From positions 1 through 54,733 of the forward strand of contig CAYTHI010000005.1 of NCBI GenBank assembly GCA_964437555.1: a DNA stretch of 54,733 nt, written 5' to 3'. A program made the position numbers and the translations under genes. Source of the stretch: Candidatus Woesearchaeota archaeon (GTDB lineage: Archaea > Nanobdellota > Nanobdellia > Pacearchaeales > GW2011-AR1). Below the pieces are notes generated by a model. It was given only the letters and a program-made list of their open reading frames with translations, did not search any database and was not told the DNA's origin. This document shows positions 17,223 through 27,471 of this stretch, in pieces. Numbering within the stretch: position 1 is the first letter of the stretch; each line of letters opens with the position of its first letter.

Positions 17223-19094
17223 ATGATGGATTCAGATAAGATTATCGGAGAATATATAGACAAAATATTTAGTATTAGCAGGGACAAAGTTCTTCTTATT
17301 GGGATACTTTTATTAGGGCTAATATTAAGGATTATAGCGGCAATCAATTTGACAGTCAGCGCAGATGATATGCATTTTGTAACACATGCAATAAATTTCT
17401 TTTCTTCCGGAAGATTAATAACTTATGATCAATCCTCCGGACTTTGGTTTGCGCTTACCAGTTTAATTTATCAATTTTTTGGTGTTGGTCAGATAAGTTC
17501 CAGACTTCTTGCCTTAATTTTTGGAACTTTAAGCATATTGGCTGTTTATTTATTATCAAAAGAGTTTTTTGGGGAGAAGATAGGAATTATTTCGGCTTTC
17601 ATGCTTGCCATTGCTCCTTTCCATATAAAATATACCGTTGCAGAAATGGATGTTATGACAATGTTTTTTGTCATGTTTTCTATGCTAATTTTTTTAAGGG
17701 CTATTAAAACTAATAAAAGCATTTTTTATGGAATAAGCGGGATACTAATGGGTTTAGCAGTTTATACAAAGGTCTATCCTCTCTTATTTATTCCATCCAT
17801 TTGGCTGTATTTTATTTACGTAAGAAAGAAAGAAAAAAAGATTATATTGTCCAAAGACAATCTTAAGAAATTATTAATATTCGCAGCACTTGTTTTTATA
17901 TTTACTATCCCTGCTTTAACTCATAATTACTTGTTATATAAAGATAAAGGGGTACTTGATCTTCAGTTCACTAGAACATTAGGTCTTGGAAAAGATAGTT
18001 CTGCGCAATATTATTCTTGGGATGTTCAGTTTGACAGAAAAAATTCCTGGAAGGGCCTGATTTTCGGCGATGCGAACTACGGAGGAGGTGGAAAGCCATT
18101 AATATGGGTAGCGATAAACTATATCCGGGTCGGGGATCAGATTAATTTTTATCTTGGTTTGATAGGAATATTTTTAATACTTCTGCTTTACAAAAAAGAC
18201 AAGAGCTATCCTATCTTTTTTATTCTTAATATTCTGTTTACTTTGCCTTTTTTAGCTTCAATTATCCTTCTCCCAAAACATTTTATTTTTCTGGAATTAT
18301 TCCTGGTGCCTCCCTCTGCTTTAGCGCTGAATGAATTAATATCCAGGATTAATGCTAAATTCAATAAGGATATTAAAAAATATATCTTTATATTACTTTT
18401 AATAATATCATCAATTCTCTTAGGATTATATAATACGGGTACTGCAAATCATTTTTACGGAAAAAGTGATATTGCGCAGATGATTGAGTTTAAGGAGAAT
18501 AATATTCCGGAGGATTCTTTAATTGTCGGAGACAGCAGAATTTATCGCGGCAGAATAAACTGGGCTTTCCAAGGCAGGCCTTATTTAGAAGGAACAGATT
18601 TCATAAACACTGTTAATAATCAGGGAAATTTGCCAGGTGAAGTCTTGCCAATTAAAGTTTTCTTTTTCGAGTGCATCAAAGATGATTGCGGGTGGGGAAC
18701 AATAAAAAATCAACCAGAGTTTAATCAGACTATGGAAGATCTTGTTTCATTTTTTGAGCAGCAAGGAAGAGTGGTAAGCACGATAAGCGAGCCAGATAAG
18801 GAGAGAAACTATTATCCCTTCTCTTTAAGCGGAGAGAAAGCCGAAACAATAAGAATAATAGAGCTTACGATACCGCTAAAATACTCCACATTATTTTTAG
18901 CCAATCAGCCCAAGAATTGGTTTCTGTATGATATTGGTTATGAGCCTGTGGAAAAACAATTTGATTATTACGTTGCTCATAGTGTTTTTGATAGATTACT
19001 GGATAAAATAGCGCACGGCATAGTAACTTTGTCTATTTTACTATCATTAGCGAGTATAATTTATGTTTTATTTTTATTTTTCAAGGCTGATTAA
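17223..19094 (+). CDS. GT-C fold (GT39/PMT-like) membrane glycosyltransferase
   Basis: SADDMH acidic loop after TM1, AEMD, many TM helices, C-terminal extracellular domain. Confidence 0.78.
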   Translation: MMDSDKIIGEYIDKIFSISRDKVLLIGILLLGLILRIIAAINLTVSADDMHFVTHAINFFSSGRLITYDQSSGLWFALTSLIYQFFGVGQISSRLLALIFGTLSILAVYLLSKEFFGEKIGIISAFMLAIAPFHIKYTVAEMDVMTMFFVMFSMLIFLRAIKTNKSIFYGISGILMGLAVYTKVYPLLFIPSIWLYFIYVRKKEKKIILSKDNLKKLLIFAALVFIFTIPALTHNYLLYKDKGVLDLQFTRTLGLGKDSSAQYYSWDVQFDRKNSWKGLIFGDANYGGGGKPLIWVAINYIRVGDQINFYLGLIGIFLILLLYKKDKSYPIFFILNILFTLPFLASIILLPKHFIFLELFLVPPSALALNELISRINAKFNKDIKKYIFILLLIISSILLGLYNTGTANHFYGKSDIAQMIEFKENNIPEDSLIVGDSRIYRGRINWAFQGRPYLEGTDFINTVNNQGNLPGEVLPIKVFFFECIKDDCGWGTIKNQPEFNQTMEDLVSFFEQQGRVVSTISEPDKERNYYPFSLSGEKAETIRIIELTIPLKYSTLFLANQPKNWFLYDIGYEPVEKQFDYYVAHSVFDRLLDKIAHGIVTLSILLSLASIIYVLFLFFKAD

Positions 19095-19785
19095 TTTTCT
19101 TAAATCTCCAATAAACAAGCGCCCATAATGCAATGATTCCGTCTTTCCACTTTATTTTTTTTCCTTCTTCCTTTGATCTTGGATTATATGAAATAGAGGT
19201 TTCCTTTATTGAGTAGCCCTTTCTCAATATTTTAGCTGTTATTTCTGGCTCCATATCAAACCCATTTGATTTTAAGTCAAGAGATTTTATGATGTTTCTG
19301 GGAATCAACTTATAACACGTTTCCATATCTGTAATTTTAGAACCGTAAAGTAAATTAGTAAGGATATTAAGAAAAACATTTCCAAGATAATAAGACAGAT
19401 ACGAATGCTTATTTTTTTTGTTTAATGCTCTTGATCCGTAGACTACACTGGCCCCGCTTTTTTCTTTAAATCTAATAAGGTCTTTTATTTCTCTTGGATT
19501 ATATTCAAGATCAGAATCCTGTATAATCACAAGGTCTCCCGTGATTTCTTTTATCGCTGTTCTAACTGATCCTCCTTTTCCTTTATTAATTTCATGCCTG
19601 AACAATTTTATTTCTTTATATTTATTTTTTAATTTGTCAAGTATCTTAAAAGTATTGTCTTTGCTATTGTCATCAACAATTATTATCTCTTTTTTGATGC
19701 CATTTAGGCTGGAATATATGCTTTTTACGACTGTTTCAACAGTTTTCTCCTCATTATAAACAGGCATTAAAATCGATAGCTTCAT
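19081..19785 (-). CDS. DPM1-like GT2 (polyprenol-phosphate sugar synthase)
   Basis: PVYNEE, VDDNSKD, NKGKG, QDSDLEY, GSR, DMETCYK, EPEIT, GKKIKWKDG. Confidence 0.88.
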   Translation of the reverse strand: MKLSILMPVYNEEKTVETVVKSIYSSLNGIKKEIIIVDDNSKDNTFKILDKLKNKYKEIKLFRHEINKGKGGSVRTAIKEITGDLVIIQDSDLEYNPREIKDLIRFKEKSGASVVYGSRALNKKNKHSYLSYYLGNVFLNILTNLLYGSKITDMETCYKLIPRNIIKSLDLKSNGFDMEPEITAKILRKGYSIKETSISYNPRSKEEGKKIKWKDGIIALWALVYWRFKKINQP

Positions 19786-19819
19786 TTTTAACTAGAATAA
19801 CTGATGCTTTTAAAACTTA

Positions 19820-21031
19820 TTACTCTCTAAGAAGAAAAATTATTCCCCAAAGAAATGCAGCAGATGAAGTTATAAACGCTATAGTAAACTGCAGGATGTT
19901 AGCTGAAAAATAGTACAAGAGACAAATTTCAAGAATCACAAATAAGAAAAGCAGTCCGTAATTCCGGGTTTTATCTATAGATAACTTATATAGGGCGATA
20001 AGATTGCCGATAGATATAATTCCAAAAGCAAGGCCCGTGTAAAACAAAATAGATATTGCAGCAGGAATAGTTTTTCCTGAAAAGATTGAGATTATCAAGT
20101 CAGGAAATAAGTAAAAGAGGATTAATGCTGCAATTATTCCGATTAGAAGAACAGCAAAGGCGTTCGCAAAAATGTTTTTTCTGTAGCCCCTATTTTTTTC
20201 TTTTTTAGCAGATAAGGGAAACATTGCCTTGCTTACAGGAAGAGTCCCCCAAAAGATTATTTTTCCAAGAATAGAAGAAATAGCATATGCGCCGGCAATT
20301 TCAGGAGAGAAGAGCATCCTTGCCATTAAAACATCCATGCTGTAAAATATTATTATTATAGCAGTTATAAAGAAGGTTGGCTTTGCATAATTATATATGC
20401 CTAAAGAAGTTGATTTTTTTTCGCGCGATTTTAATATATCTCTTAATTGAAAAATGGAGAACAGTATTGCTATGACAACACCAAGGATAATTCCCGCCAT
20501 TGCACCATAAACCTTCCATCCTAGATAGACAAAAAGAACTCCTAAAATTACTTTCCCAAGCGATTCAGACATCAAATTCAGGCAAAGAGAGAAAAATCTT
20601 TTTTTCCCCTGCATTATCCCTCTGACAATGGGAATGAAAAAAGCAAAAAAGATCACAAAACTATTAGTTGAAAGAAGCAGGTAATCTATTTTTAGGATAG
20701 CAGATAAAGGAACCGCCAGAATAAGATAAAAAACAACGATAGCGACAGATGGATAAAATGCTCTCTTTACAGATTTCTTCAAGATATTCTTGAGTTTTCC
20801 TTTATTTTCCTCATTAGCCGAATATTTTGTTAGTACAGTTTGTATTGATTCTACAGCTATTGAAGTTATATAAGCTATTGCAAGCATTGAGGCAAGCAAT
20901 CCGTAACTGCTTAAGTCCAGCATTCTTGCCATGAAAAACTGAAAGAGAAAATGTAAAAAATTAAACATGCCAAAGCCGATTACAAGAGCAATGCTTCCTC
21001 CAATAAGCTCTTTGCTAATCCTGTTTTTCAT
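19820..21031 (-). CDS. Oligosaccharide flippase (MOP/Wzx family)
   Basis: About 12 TM helices, ARML...YG, D.LMAR.....AGAY, MFP; lies in the aglB operon. Confidence 0.8.
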   Translation of the reverse strand: MKNRISKELIGGSIALVIGFGMFNFLHFLFQFFMARMLDLSSYGLLASMLAIAYITSIAVESIQTVLTKYSANEENKGKLKNILKKSVKRAFYPSVAIVVFYLILAVPLSAILKIDYLLLSTNSFVIFFAFFIPIVRGIMQGKKRFFSLCLNLMSESLGKVILGVLFVYLGWKVYGAMAGIILGVVIAILFSIFQLRDILKSREKKSTSLGIYNYAKPTFFITAIIIIFYSMDVLMARMLFSPEIAGAYAISSILGKIIFWGTLPVSKAMFPLSAKKEKNRGYRKNIFANAFAVLLIGIIAALILFYLFPDLIISIFSGKTIPAAISILFYTGLAFGIISIGNLIALYKLSIDKTRNYGLLFLFVILEICLLYYFSANILQFTIAFITSSAAFLWGIIFLLRE

Positions 21032-21032
21032 C

Positions 21033-22043
21033 TTATATGAAAATACCTTCTCTGAATATTAGCACTCCTAAGGCGCATATTGCCAGCTGAAAAACCCAGA
21101 TAGAATAAACAACTTTTTTTTCGGTTGGCATTATCCCTACTTTTTTCATGATGTATACCGATAAGTGAGCAAGGCTGTAAATTTTGCCGTACTTTAGTTC
21201 AAGGCTGCCGTCCTTATTCACCTTTGAAAAAGATTCTTTAACAAGCCCGCCCCTGCTTTTTAAGGCAGTTTCAATTATGTAAGGGATAAAAAAGAAAACA
21301 GCTATTCTCTCAAAATTTCCTATGATTGAGCTTATCGCTATAAGACCTCCAATAGGGTAGGTTAAGCTGTCGCCCGGAAATACTTTTGCAGGGTAAAAAT
21401 TAAAAAATAGAAAAGCCAAAAGAGATGCTACCATGCACAATACAATCAATGACAGCCAGGTGTTTCCTGCAAGATAAGAAAAGATGGCCACAAACGATAA
21501 TATTATTATTCCCTGCCCGGCTTCTAGCCCATTATAACCGGCAAGGAAATTATATGTTGTTGTTGCCCCGACGATTCCTAGAGGAATAAGTAAAATAGGA
21601 TAAACTAAGCCAAGCTCTGTAGAGCCTATAAATGGAATACTTATGGTGCTTTTTCCCGCATTTATCGCTATCAGAGGTATTGAAGCAAAAGCAACCAGAA
21701 CAAGCCTTGTTCTTCTTCTCAATCCTATCTTCCATCCTAATATGTCGTCTGTAAAAGAAATAAATCCAATTAAAAGTACGCTGCTGAGCAAAGCAAATAT
21801 TTCTATAAGGTTGCTACTTTTTTCAAATATGAAAGTATTTATCGCTATGTAAACCATGACTCCCAAAGCAAATCCGGCAATAACTGTAACTCCTCCTGCT
21901 TCAGCGACTTTTTCGCTCTTTAATTTATGAATATCTTTTCCTGTCAATTCTGCTTTTTTCGCCCTTCTTATCCAGGAAGGCAGGACTAAAAGAGTAATCA
22001 GGAAGCTTATAACAATAGGTAGAATCAGGATATATTCCATCAT
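21033..22043 (-). CDS. aglH: UDP-GlcNAc:dolichol-phosphate GlcNAc-1-P transferase (Alg7/AglH, MraY family)
   Basis: GKDIHK, EAGG, DD, N.LAGYNGLEAG, NFYPAKVFPGDS. Confidence 0.85.
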   Translation of the reverse strand: MMEYILILPIVISFLITLLVLPSWIRRAKKAELTGKDIHKLKSEKVAEAGGVTVIAGFALGVMVYIAINTFIFEKSSNLIEIFALLSSVLLIGFISFTDDILGWKIGLRRRTRLVLVAFASIPLIAINAGKSTISIPFIGSTELGLVYPILLIPLGIVGATTTYNFLAGYNGLEAGQGIIILSFVAIFSYLAGNTWLSLIVLCMVASLLAFLFFNFYPAKVFPGDSLTYPIGGLIAISSIIGNFERIAVFFFIPYIIETALKSRGGLVKESFSKVNKDGSLELKYGKIYSLAHLSVYIMKKVGIMPTEKKVVYSIWVFQLAICALGVLIFREGIFI

Positions 22044-24730
22044 GCCCTCCTAAGCTCTTCTGGATAATCAGTTTCTAAATATTTTTCATCTATCTCTATG
22101 TCTTCAGGGTAATCAATCTCCCATATTTTAATAGGTCCTTTCAATCCATAGAAATAAATAAAATCTTTGTCAAATGAAGGATTTTGGCTTTTCAATTGCG
22201 AGATAACAAAATCGTCTTCCTTATGGGCAAGCTTGATGCTTTCTGATTCTTCTCCGTATAAATAATACTTAGCTAAATTTGTCTTTACTGTTCTTGGGCT
22301 AAGATAAAGTAAAGCCCCATACATGTCAAGATTAGCGTTGCCTGCACTGCTTTGTGTGCCATAAGGAACAATTATAAAACCGCTTTCTATGCCTGAGCCA
22401 AAATCTCTAAAACTGCCATCAAATCCATATCTCATAGGCAAAAGATATTGATTTTCCCCATAAACCGCTATTGCTTCTGGTTGTTTTGCTATCTTATTGG
22501 TTGAGTCAAATTCAACAATAATTGCCCCTATGGCGGCTTTTTGTGCCGGCAGGAATATTCTTGTCCCGTTAATTTCATAAATTAAGTCTTCATCAAGCCA
22601 AAATCCTCCTTGGTAAACAAATCTCGTGTTATTCTTTGTCTGCTGTGTTGCTTCATTATTTTTGAGAAATGTAGGAATATAGCTGCTTCTGTCAAGAGTA
22701 GCATCCGAGCCAATGAAAGAGTATGCGGAATATTTTCCTATATCTGTTGAGTCAATAAGGAGATGGCTTACCCTATGCGCATATAAAAATCCAAGGGTTT
22801 CTTTCTCTTCCTCTCCTGTCAGGACATATCTTCCCATCATGTGGTTCCAATAAGCAATATTATTTCCTCCATCTAATACAGTTGCTCTTTCCCCTATAGA
22901 CTGAATCCAATAGCCATAGTCCCACCAATGCGCAAATACAGCATTTTCCAAAGTATTCCCCCTGACCCACGACATAGCGAGCTGCCATTGCTGATGATAT
23001 TCTGAAGGAACAGAGTTTCTTGCATCACTTTTTGCCCGCTCGTATAAGCTAAATGCCGAATAAATTACTAAAATAAGCAAAATAATTGATAAGACAAACT
23101 TGATGCTTTTTTTATCTTTAAGGCCGTAATCCCGCGAGGCAACAAGATAGCCAGTCATTACTGCAAGGGGGGGAGCCAAAACCATTACAAGTCTTATTGC
23201 GCTCCTTGCAGCTATAAGACTAAAAAATAGAAAAACCAATAAGAAAATTGCTCCTAAATTAATTTCTTTTAGAATAGCAAGATTATCTTTTTTATATTGC
23301 TTCGTATAAACATAACCTGCTATGGCAATAAATAAAATAAAACCGCCGAAATAAAAAGATTTGCTTATGATGCTTTCTCCGTTTAGATTTCCATTTCCAG
23401 AATACCTGCTGAGAAGTATAGCCAGAATTAAAAATACATATCCAAAAGTTAAAGCTCCTTTTTCTTTTTTATTTAAATTATTAAAGAGACTAAATACCAT
23501 TATTGCCGAACTGATTATTGCCAGCCAGATTAGCAAATCTACATTTCCCAGTCTTGGGCCGAAACTTGAGCTCCACTCAGTAAAAAATGGCTGCTTGTTT
23601 TCAGCAACTGTCTGTATTAATCTTGTATTTGCAGGTTTTATTAAATTATCAGTTATATTATTAACTTGAGCAGAGATATAAGAAGGCCCAAATAAAATAA
23701 CAGCCAGTAATAGAACAACTATAGAAGATGTGACAAATGAGACGATTTGAGGAGAAAATCTAGAGAGTATTTTATTATTTGATAGATAATCTCTTGCTTT
23801 ATTAGTGCGATACATAATAAGATAGAAGCAGCAAGTAATCAAAACAAATATTGCAGTAGCAGTATATAATGATTTAGCTAAGCTCAAATAAGTAAACCTA
23901 TCAGATGCTAAATTCATGATTATAAAAGAAACGGCAAGCCATATAGCATAGATAGATATTTCTTTTTTTTCTACTTTTCCTATTAGGAAGGCAATCAGGA
24001 AAGAGGAAGGTATTGTAAGAAAGATAAATAAATACCCTCCCCAAACGTTAGCCATTGCCGCAGTAGTCAATCCTGCAATTGCCGCAAAACTATATCTTTT
24101 CATGCTTTTATCTGCATTCCATGATTTAAGGAAAAAATAGAATGAAAGGAACATGAACAAGAACGCTACTGATTCTTTTTCAGGAATGCCGGCAATTGTC
24201 CTCGGAATGAATATGGGCATAATGGCGAGGAATAACGACGCTGTTAGGGCTGCAAGATTTGCTCTTTTTGTTCCGATAAATTTCACTAAAGCTTCCCTTG
24301 AAAAAAGAAAGAAGGCTATCAGAGTAAGCGCAAACATAAAAACAGGATAAATTATTGCAGAATAGGTAACAGACTCACTTCCAAAAATAGCTGCTACTTT
24401 ATGAAACCACGCCATTAAGTAAGGATGAAGTAAATATTCCTCATTTGTACCCAATCCGAGAGGAGATGATCTCATTATGTCTGTAACAAACAGTCTTCCG
24501 TGCTCAACTATGTATTTAGACCATCTCAAAAATAAGAAAGGATCTAAATCCGGGCCAAGAGTCCATGTGCCTGTTGTAACATCTTTTAATCCATAAAGGT
24601 TCAAAGTTCTGATCTTAACTGATATGTAAACAATTAATGCAAGCAAGATATAAACAATCCATTCATATCTTCTTCTTAAAAATTCACTTATTTTTCTCTT
24701 TCTTTCTTCAGCTATTACTGACTCGTCCAT
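22040..24730 (-). CDS. aglB: Oligosaccharyltransferase AglB (STT3)
   Basis: DP in loop 1, TVAE, WWDYG, DGG and DIGK motifs; 896 aa polytopic protein. Confidence 0.93.
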   Translation of the reverse strand: MDESVIAEERKRKISEFLRRRYEWIVYILLALIVYISVKIRTLNLYGLKDVTTGTWTLGPDLDPFLFLRWSKYIVEHGRLFVTDIMRSSPLGLGTNEEYLLHPYLMAWFHKVAAIFGSESVTYSAIIYPVFMFALTLIAFFLFSREALVKFIGTKRANLAALTASLFLAIMPIFIPRTIAGIPEKESVAFLFMFLSFYFFLKSWNADKSMKRYSFAAIAGLTTAAMANVWGGYLFIFLTIPSSFLIAFLIGKVEKKEISIYAIWLAVSFIIMNLASDRFTYLSLAKSLYTATAIFVLITCCFYLIMYRTNKARDYLSNNKILSRFSPQIVSFVTSSIVVLLLAVILFGPSYISAQVNNITDNLIKPANTRLIQTVAENKQPFFTEWSSSFGPRLGNVDLLIWLAIISSAIMVFSLFNNLNKKEKGALTFGYVFLILAILLSRYSGNGNLNGESIISKSFYFGGFILFIAIAGYVYTKQYKKDNLAILKEINLGAIFLLVFLFFSLIAARSAIRLVMVLAPPLAVMTGYLVASRDYGLKDKKSIKFVLSIILLILVIYSAFSLYERAKSDARNSVPSEYHQQWQLAMSWVRGNTLENAVFAHWWDYGYWIQSIGERATVLDGGNNIAYWNHMMGRYVLTGEEEKETLGFLYAHRVSHLLIDSTDIGKYSAYSFIGSDATLDRSSYIPTFLKNNEATQQTKNNTRFVYQGGFWLDEDLIYEINGTRIFLPAQKAAIGAIIVEFDSTNKIAKQPEAIAVYGENQYLLPMRYGFDGSFRDFGSGIESGFIIVPYGTQSSAGNANLDMYGALLYLSPRTVKTNLAKYYLYGEESESIKLAHKEDDFVISQLKSQNPSFDKDFIYFYGLKGPIKIWEIDYPEDIEIDEKYLETDYPEELRRA

Positions 24731-24851
24731 GCATTTAAAGACGAATCTGCTTATATAAACTTTTCATAAAGCAATGTATATCTAAAAAATTATTAATTAA
24801 AAGAGAGAATATTATCTAACAATGCCTAATGATTAGGTATAAGGTTTACAG

Positions 24852-24896
24852 GCTGAACAGATAATTAATAAATCATTATGTCCGCTGAACAGATAA
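24852..24896. repeat. 13-bp direct repeat GCTGAACAGATAA x2
   Basis: Copies at 24852-24864 and 24884-24896 in the intergenic region upstream of aglB. Confidence 0.75.
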
Positions 24897-24941
24897 ATTT
24901 AGCATTTCTATAATAATTATTTATCAAAAAATATTAAAAAA

Positions 24942-25805
24942 TTAACTAAAGAAAATAGGGGTAACAAATACCTCTACAACAGCCGCAAAAAACAAGATAA
25001 CTACTGCGATTATTATCAGGTTTAAGGAATCCTGAAGAATTTCCCAGAATTTTTCAGTTTCTATATCTTTTCTTATGACTGCAATAGAAATTATTCCTCC
25101 TGCAAGGGCTGCAACAAAATAAGCAGCTATTTCAGGAATCCCGTGAATAAAGTATCTCATAAGCGCGAGAGGCAGAGCCCCCAAATCTGATTTGGCAAAT
25201 ATCCCGACAGCCGCGGCTATAACGCTTGCATTCCATGCCAGAATAAATATTACTCCCGCACCAAATATTAAAGAGAATACAAGTGTAAAAATCAGCACAT
25301 ATAAATTATTAGTGATTATCATAAGTGCTCTTTCTCCGGGATTCGTTGCAAACTGGGTGGTTTTTACAGAACCTTCCTTTATTCCCAATTGTGCAACGCA
25401 GCCCTCAACATTATCCGGCCGGTTTATTGCGCAATAAGTTCCTATTTGTGGCTCGAGAAGATTCGTGCTGGACAATAAAATAGCCCAGAAAGAATATGCT
25501 ACGACAAATCCGATAAATAGCCACATAAATGCCCATATGGCTTTTCTGTGGCTCTTGAGCCTATTGAGTGCGCCTGTTATTTCAGATACTTTTCTCTCCT
25601 CAAACCTTATAACATAATACATGAAGGGAATTGAAAACATCACGGTGAAAGTCACGACTAAAATTCCGGAATATTCCGCAAGTAAGTCGTCTCCAAATAC
25701 CCACTTTGTCAATAGTATTGACAAGCTGGCATAAAACAGTCCAACAAAGAACAATTCCCATGGTTCTCTTTCAGCTCTTTTTGGGCTAATCAATAGTTCA
25801 AGCAT
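24942..25805 (-). CDS. SpoIIM/DUF95 family membrane protein
   Basis: IITNNL, ILAWNASV, HGIPEI, AAVVEVFVTP. Confidence 0.8.
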   Translation of the reverse strand: MLELLISPKRAEREPWELFFVGLFYASLSILLTKWVFGDDLLAEYSGILVVTFTVMFSIPFMYYVIRFEERKVSEITGALNRLKSHRKAIWAFMWLFIGFVVAYSFWAILLSSTNLLEPQIGTYCAINRPDNVEGCVAQLGIKEGSVKTTQFATNPGERALMIITNNLYVLIFTLVFSLIFGAGVIFILAWNASVIAAAVGIFAKSDLGALPLALMRYFIHGIPEIAAYFVAALAGGIISIAVIRKDIETEKFWEILQDSLNLIIIAVVILFFAAVVEVFVTPIFFS

Positions 25806-25868
25806 TATTTACAACCTTACCTTAATCCACTTAAATAGCTTTTTATATTTATCTCTGTTTAATATCCT

Positions 25869-26660
25869 ATGAAGAGTCTGAACAAAATTTTCTCAGATAT
25901 AACATCTGTGAAAATACAGGGAGCCACAAGTGTCGCAAGAGCAGGAGTGATTGCTTATTCAATGAAGCCCTCCCAAGAAGTGAAAGAAAGATTAATTTCT
26001 CTAAGACCAACAGAGCCCCTGCTTTTCAATTCTTTGAAATTGCTTGAAAAGGGCCATAAAAAAGATTTTATTTTTAGGCATTTTGATAAAACTCAGGAAA
26101 AAATCAATCAGCTCACGCTTAAGTTAATAAAAAATAAATCCGGGATTTTCACATATTGCCACTCTTCAACTGTATCCCGCGCTTTGATTTATGCAAAATC
26201 TAAAGGAAGAGAATTTCAGGTATTCAATACAGAAACAAGGCCGTTATTTCAGGGGAGAATTACTGCAAAAGAGCTCTCTTCTCATAAAATTGATGTAACA
26301 ACTTTTGCAGATTCGGGAATGCATGAAGCAATACGAGGCAGCAGTATTGCATTGCTCGGCGCAGATGCGATTTTAAAATCAGGAGTTATAAACAAGATAG
26401 GAAGCGGAATTATTGGAGACATTTTATTTGTTCATAGAAAGCCATTATACATTATTTCAGATTCATGGAAAGTTTTTCCTTTAAATGTAAAGATAGAAGA
26501 GAGGGATTTTCACGAAGTATGGAAAAACGCACCCAAAAACGTGAAAGTCAGGAATCCTGCATTTGAGAAGATTCCCAAAAAATTCATAACAGGAATAATT
26601 TCTGAACTAGGAATACTTAAGTACAATAAATTCATGAAGAAAGCATCAGCCCTCATCTAA
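25869..26660 (+). CDS. Ribose-1,5-bisphosphate isomerase / eIF2B-like protein
   Basis: KIQGA, RPTEP, TYCHSS, ETRPLFQG, GADA, NKIGS, NPAFE. Confidence 0.82.
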   Translation: MKSLNKIFSDITSVKIQGATSVARAGVIAYSMKPSQEVKERLISLRPTEPLLFNSLKLLEKGHKKDFIFRHFDKTQEKINQLTLKLIKNKSGIFTYCHSSTVSRALIYAKSKGREFQVFNTETRPLFQGRITAKELSSHKIDVTTFADSGMHEAIRGSSIALLGADAILKSGVINKIGSGIIGDILFVHRKPLYIISDSWKVFPLNVKIEERDFHEVWKNAPKNVKVRNPAFEKIPKKFITGIISELGILKYNKFMKKASALI

Positions 26661-27026
26661 ATCTCTTACTATTTTTTCCATCTCGTTCTGTAATTCGGAT
26701 AATCTCATGGCCAGTTGATTTTTCATTCTGCTAAAATTCTCTATTTGTTCTTCCACTGATTTGTTGGTATCAGCCAGCCTTCTCTTAAGAAATATTCCTC
26801 CGCCAATGCCAACAAAAAATTCTCTTTCCCTTATTTCTGCAGGAATGAAAACGCCCTTTCCCAACGGAGCAAGTATCCTGTTTTCTTTTGAATTTCCTAT
26901 TCCCATTATTCCTTCCTGAAAAACTCTTAGCTCCATCATCTGCTCATCAATTGCTTCAAGCCTTTTTTGTATTTCTTGAGACTCAGAATACTTAAGCTCA
27001 AGTTCCATAACAAGATTTTTATCCAT
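26646..27026 (-). CDS. pfdA: Prefoldin alpha subunit
   Basis: Coiled coils flanking ILAPLGKGVF..A....FVGIGGG hairpins. Confidence 0.85.
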   Translation of the reverse strand: MDKNLVMELELKYSESQEIQKRLEAIDEQMMELRVFQEGIMGIGNSKENRILAPLGKGVFIPAEIREREFFVGIGGGIFLKRRLADTNKSVEEQIENFSRMKNQLAMRLSELQNEMEKIVRDLDEG

Positions 27027-27038
27027 ATTTCGGAAATT

Positions 27039-27440
27039 TTAAGGAAGTTTAAAAATCTTCCTAAATATCATGCTTGAAGCAATTGCTGCTCCTAAATACC
27101 ACCAAAACCAGCTTCCGGCTATGCTTGTAGCAGAAAAAACATCTTTTATCCAGTTTAGGATGAGAATCATGGGGACGAGGGTTATAATAACCGGAGTCAT
27201 GCTGTGCTTCATATTTTCAAGTGTATGGCTCATCATATCCTTGGAATATTCCATTTTCTTTACAGGGTCATTTCCAGCAAGCTTAATTTTTTCCTGCAAT
27301 TCCTTTTGTTTCGCTTTTAGCTCTCTCATCTTATCTTTATCAAGAATAAAAAAATTAACAATAGTGACAAAAAGAGAAACTGCTACGGCAATGCCGATAA
27401 TGCTCGTTTTCGGATTGCTTTGTATAAATTCTATTATCAT
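27039..27440 (-). CDS. DUF106 / EMC3-TMCO1 (Oxa1 superfamily) membrane protein
   Basis: TM-coiled coil-TM, WFWWY..; downstream of secY; ATG at 27440 has a TATA 22 nt upstream. Confidence 0.8.
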   Translation of the reverse strand: MIIEFIQSNPKTSIIGIAVAVSLFVTIVNFFILDKDKMRELKAKQKELQEKIKLAGNDPVKKMEYSKDMMSHTLENMKHSMTPVIITLVPMILILNWIKDVFSATSIAGSWFWWYLGAAIASSMIFRKIFKLP

Positions 27441-27471
27441 TATACTAAACAATAAAGATTCTATTTAAACC

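Noticed and set aside
24852-24896. Possible mini-CRISPR
   Set aside because: Only two 13-bp copies with a 19-nt spacer, too short, and no cas genes; no CRISPR array seen anywhere in the window
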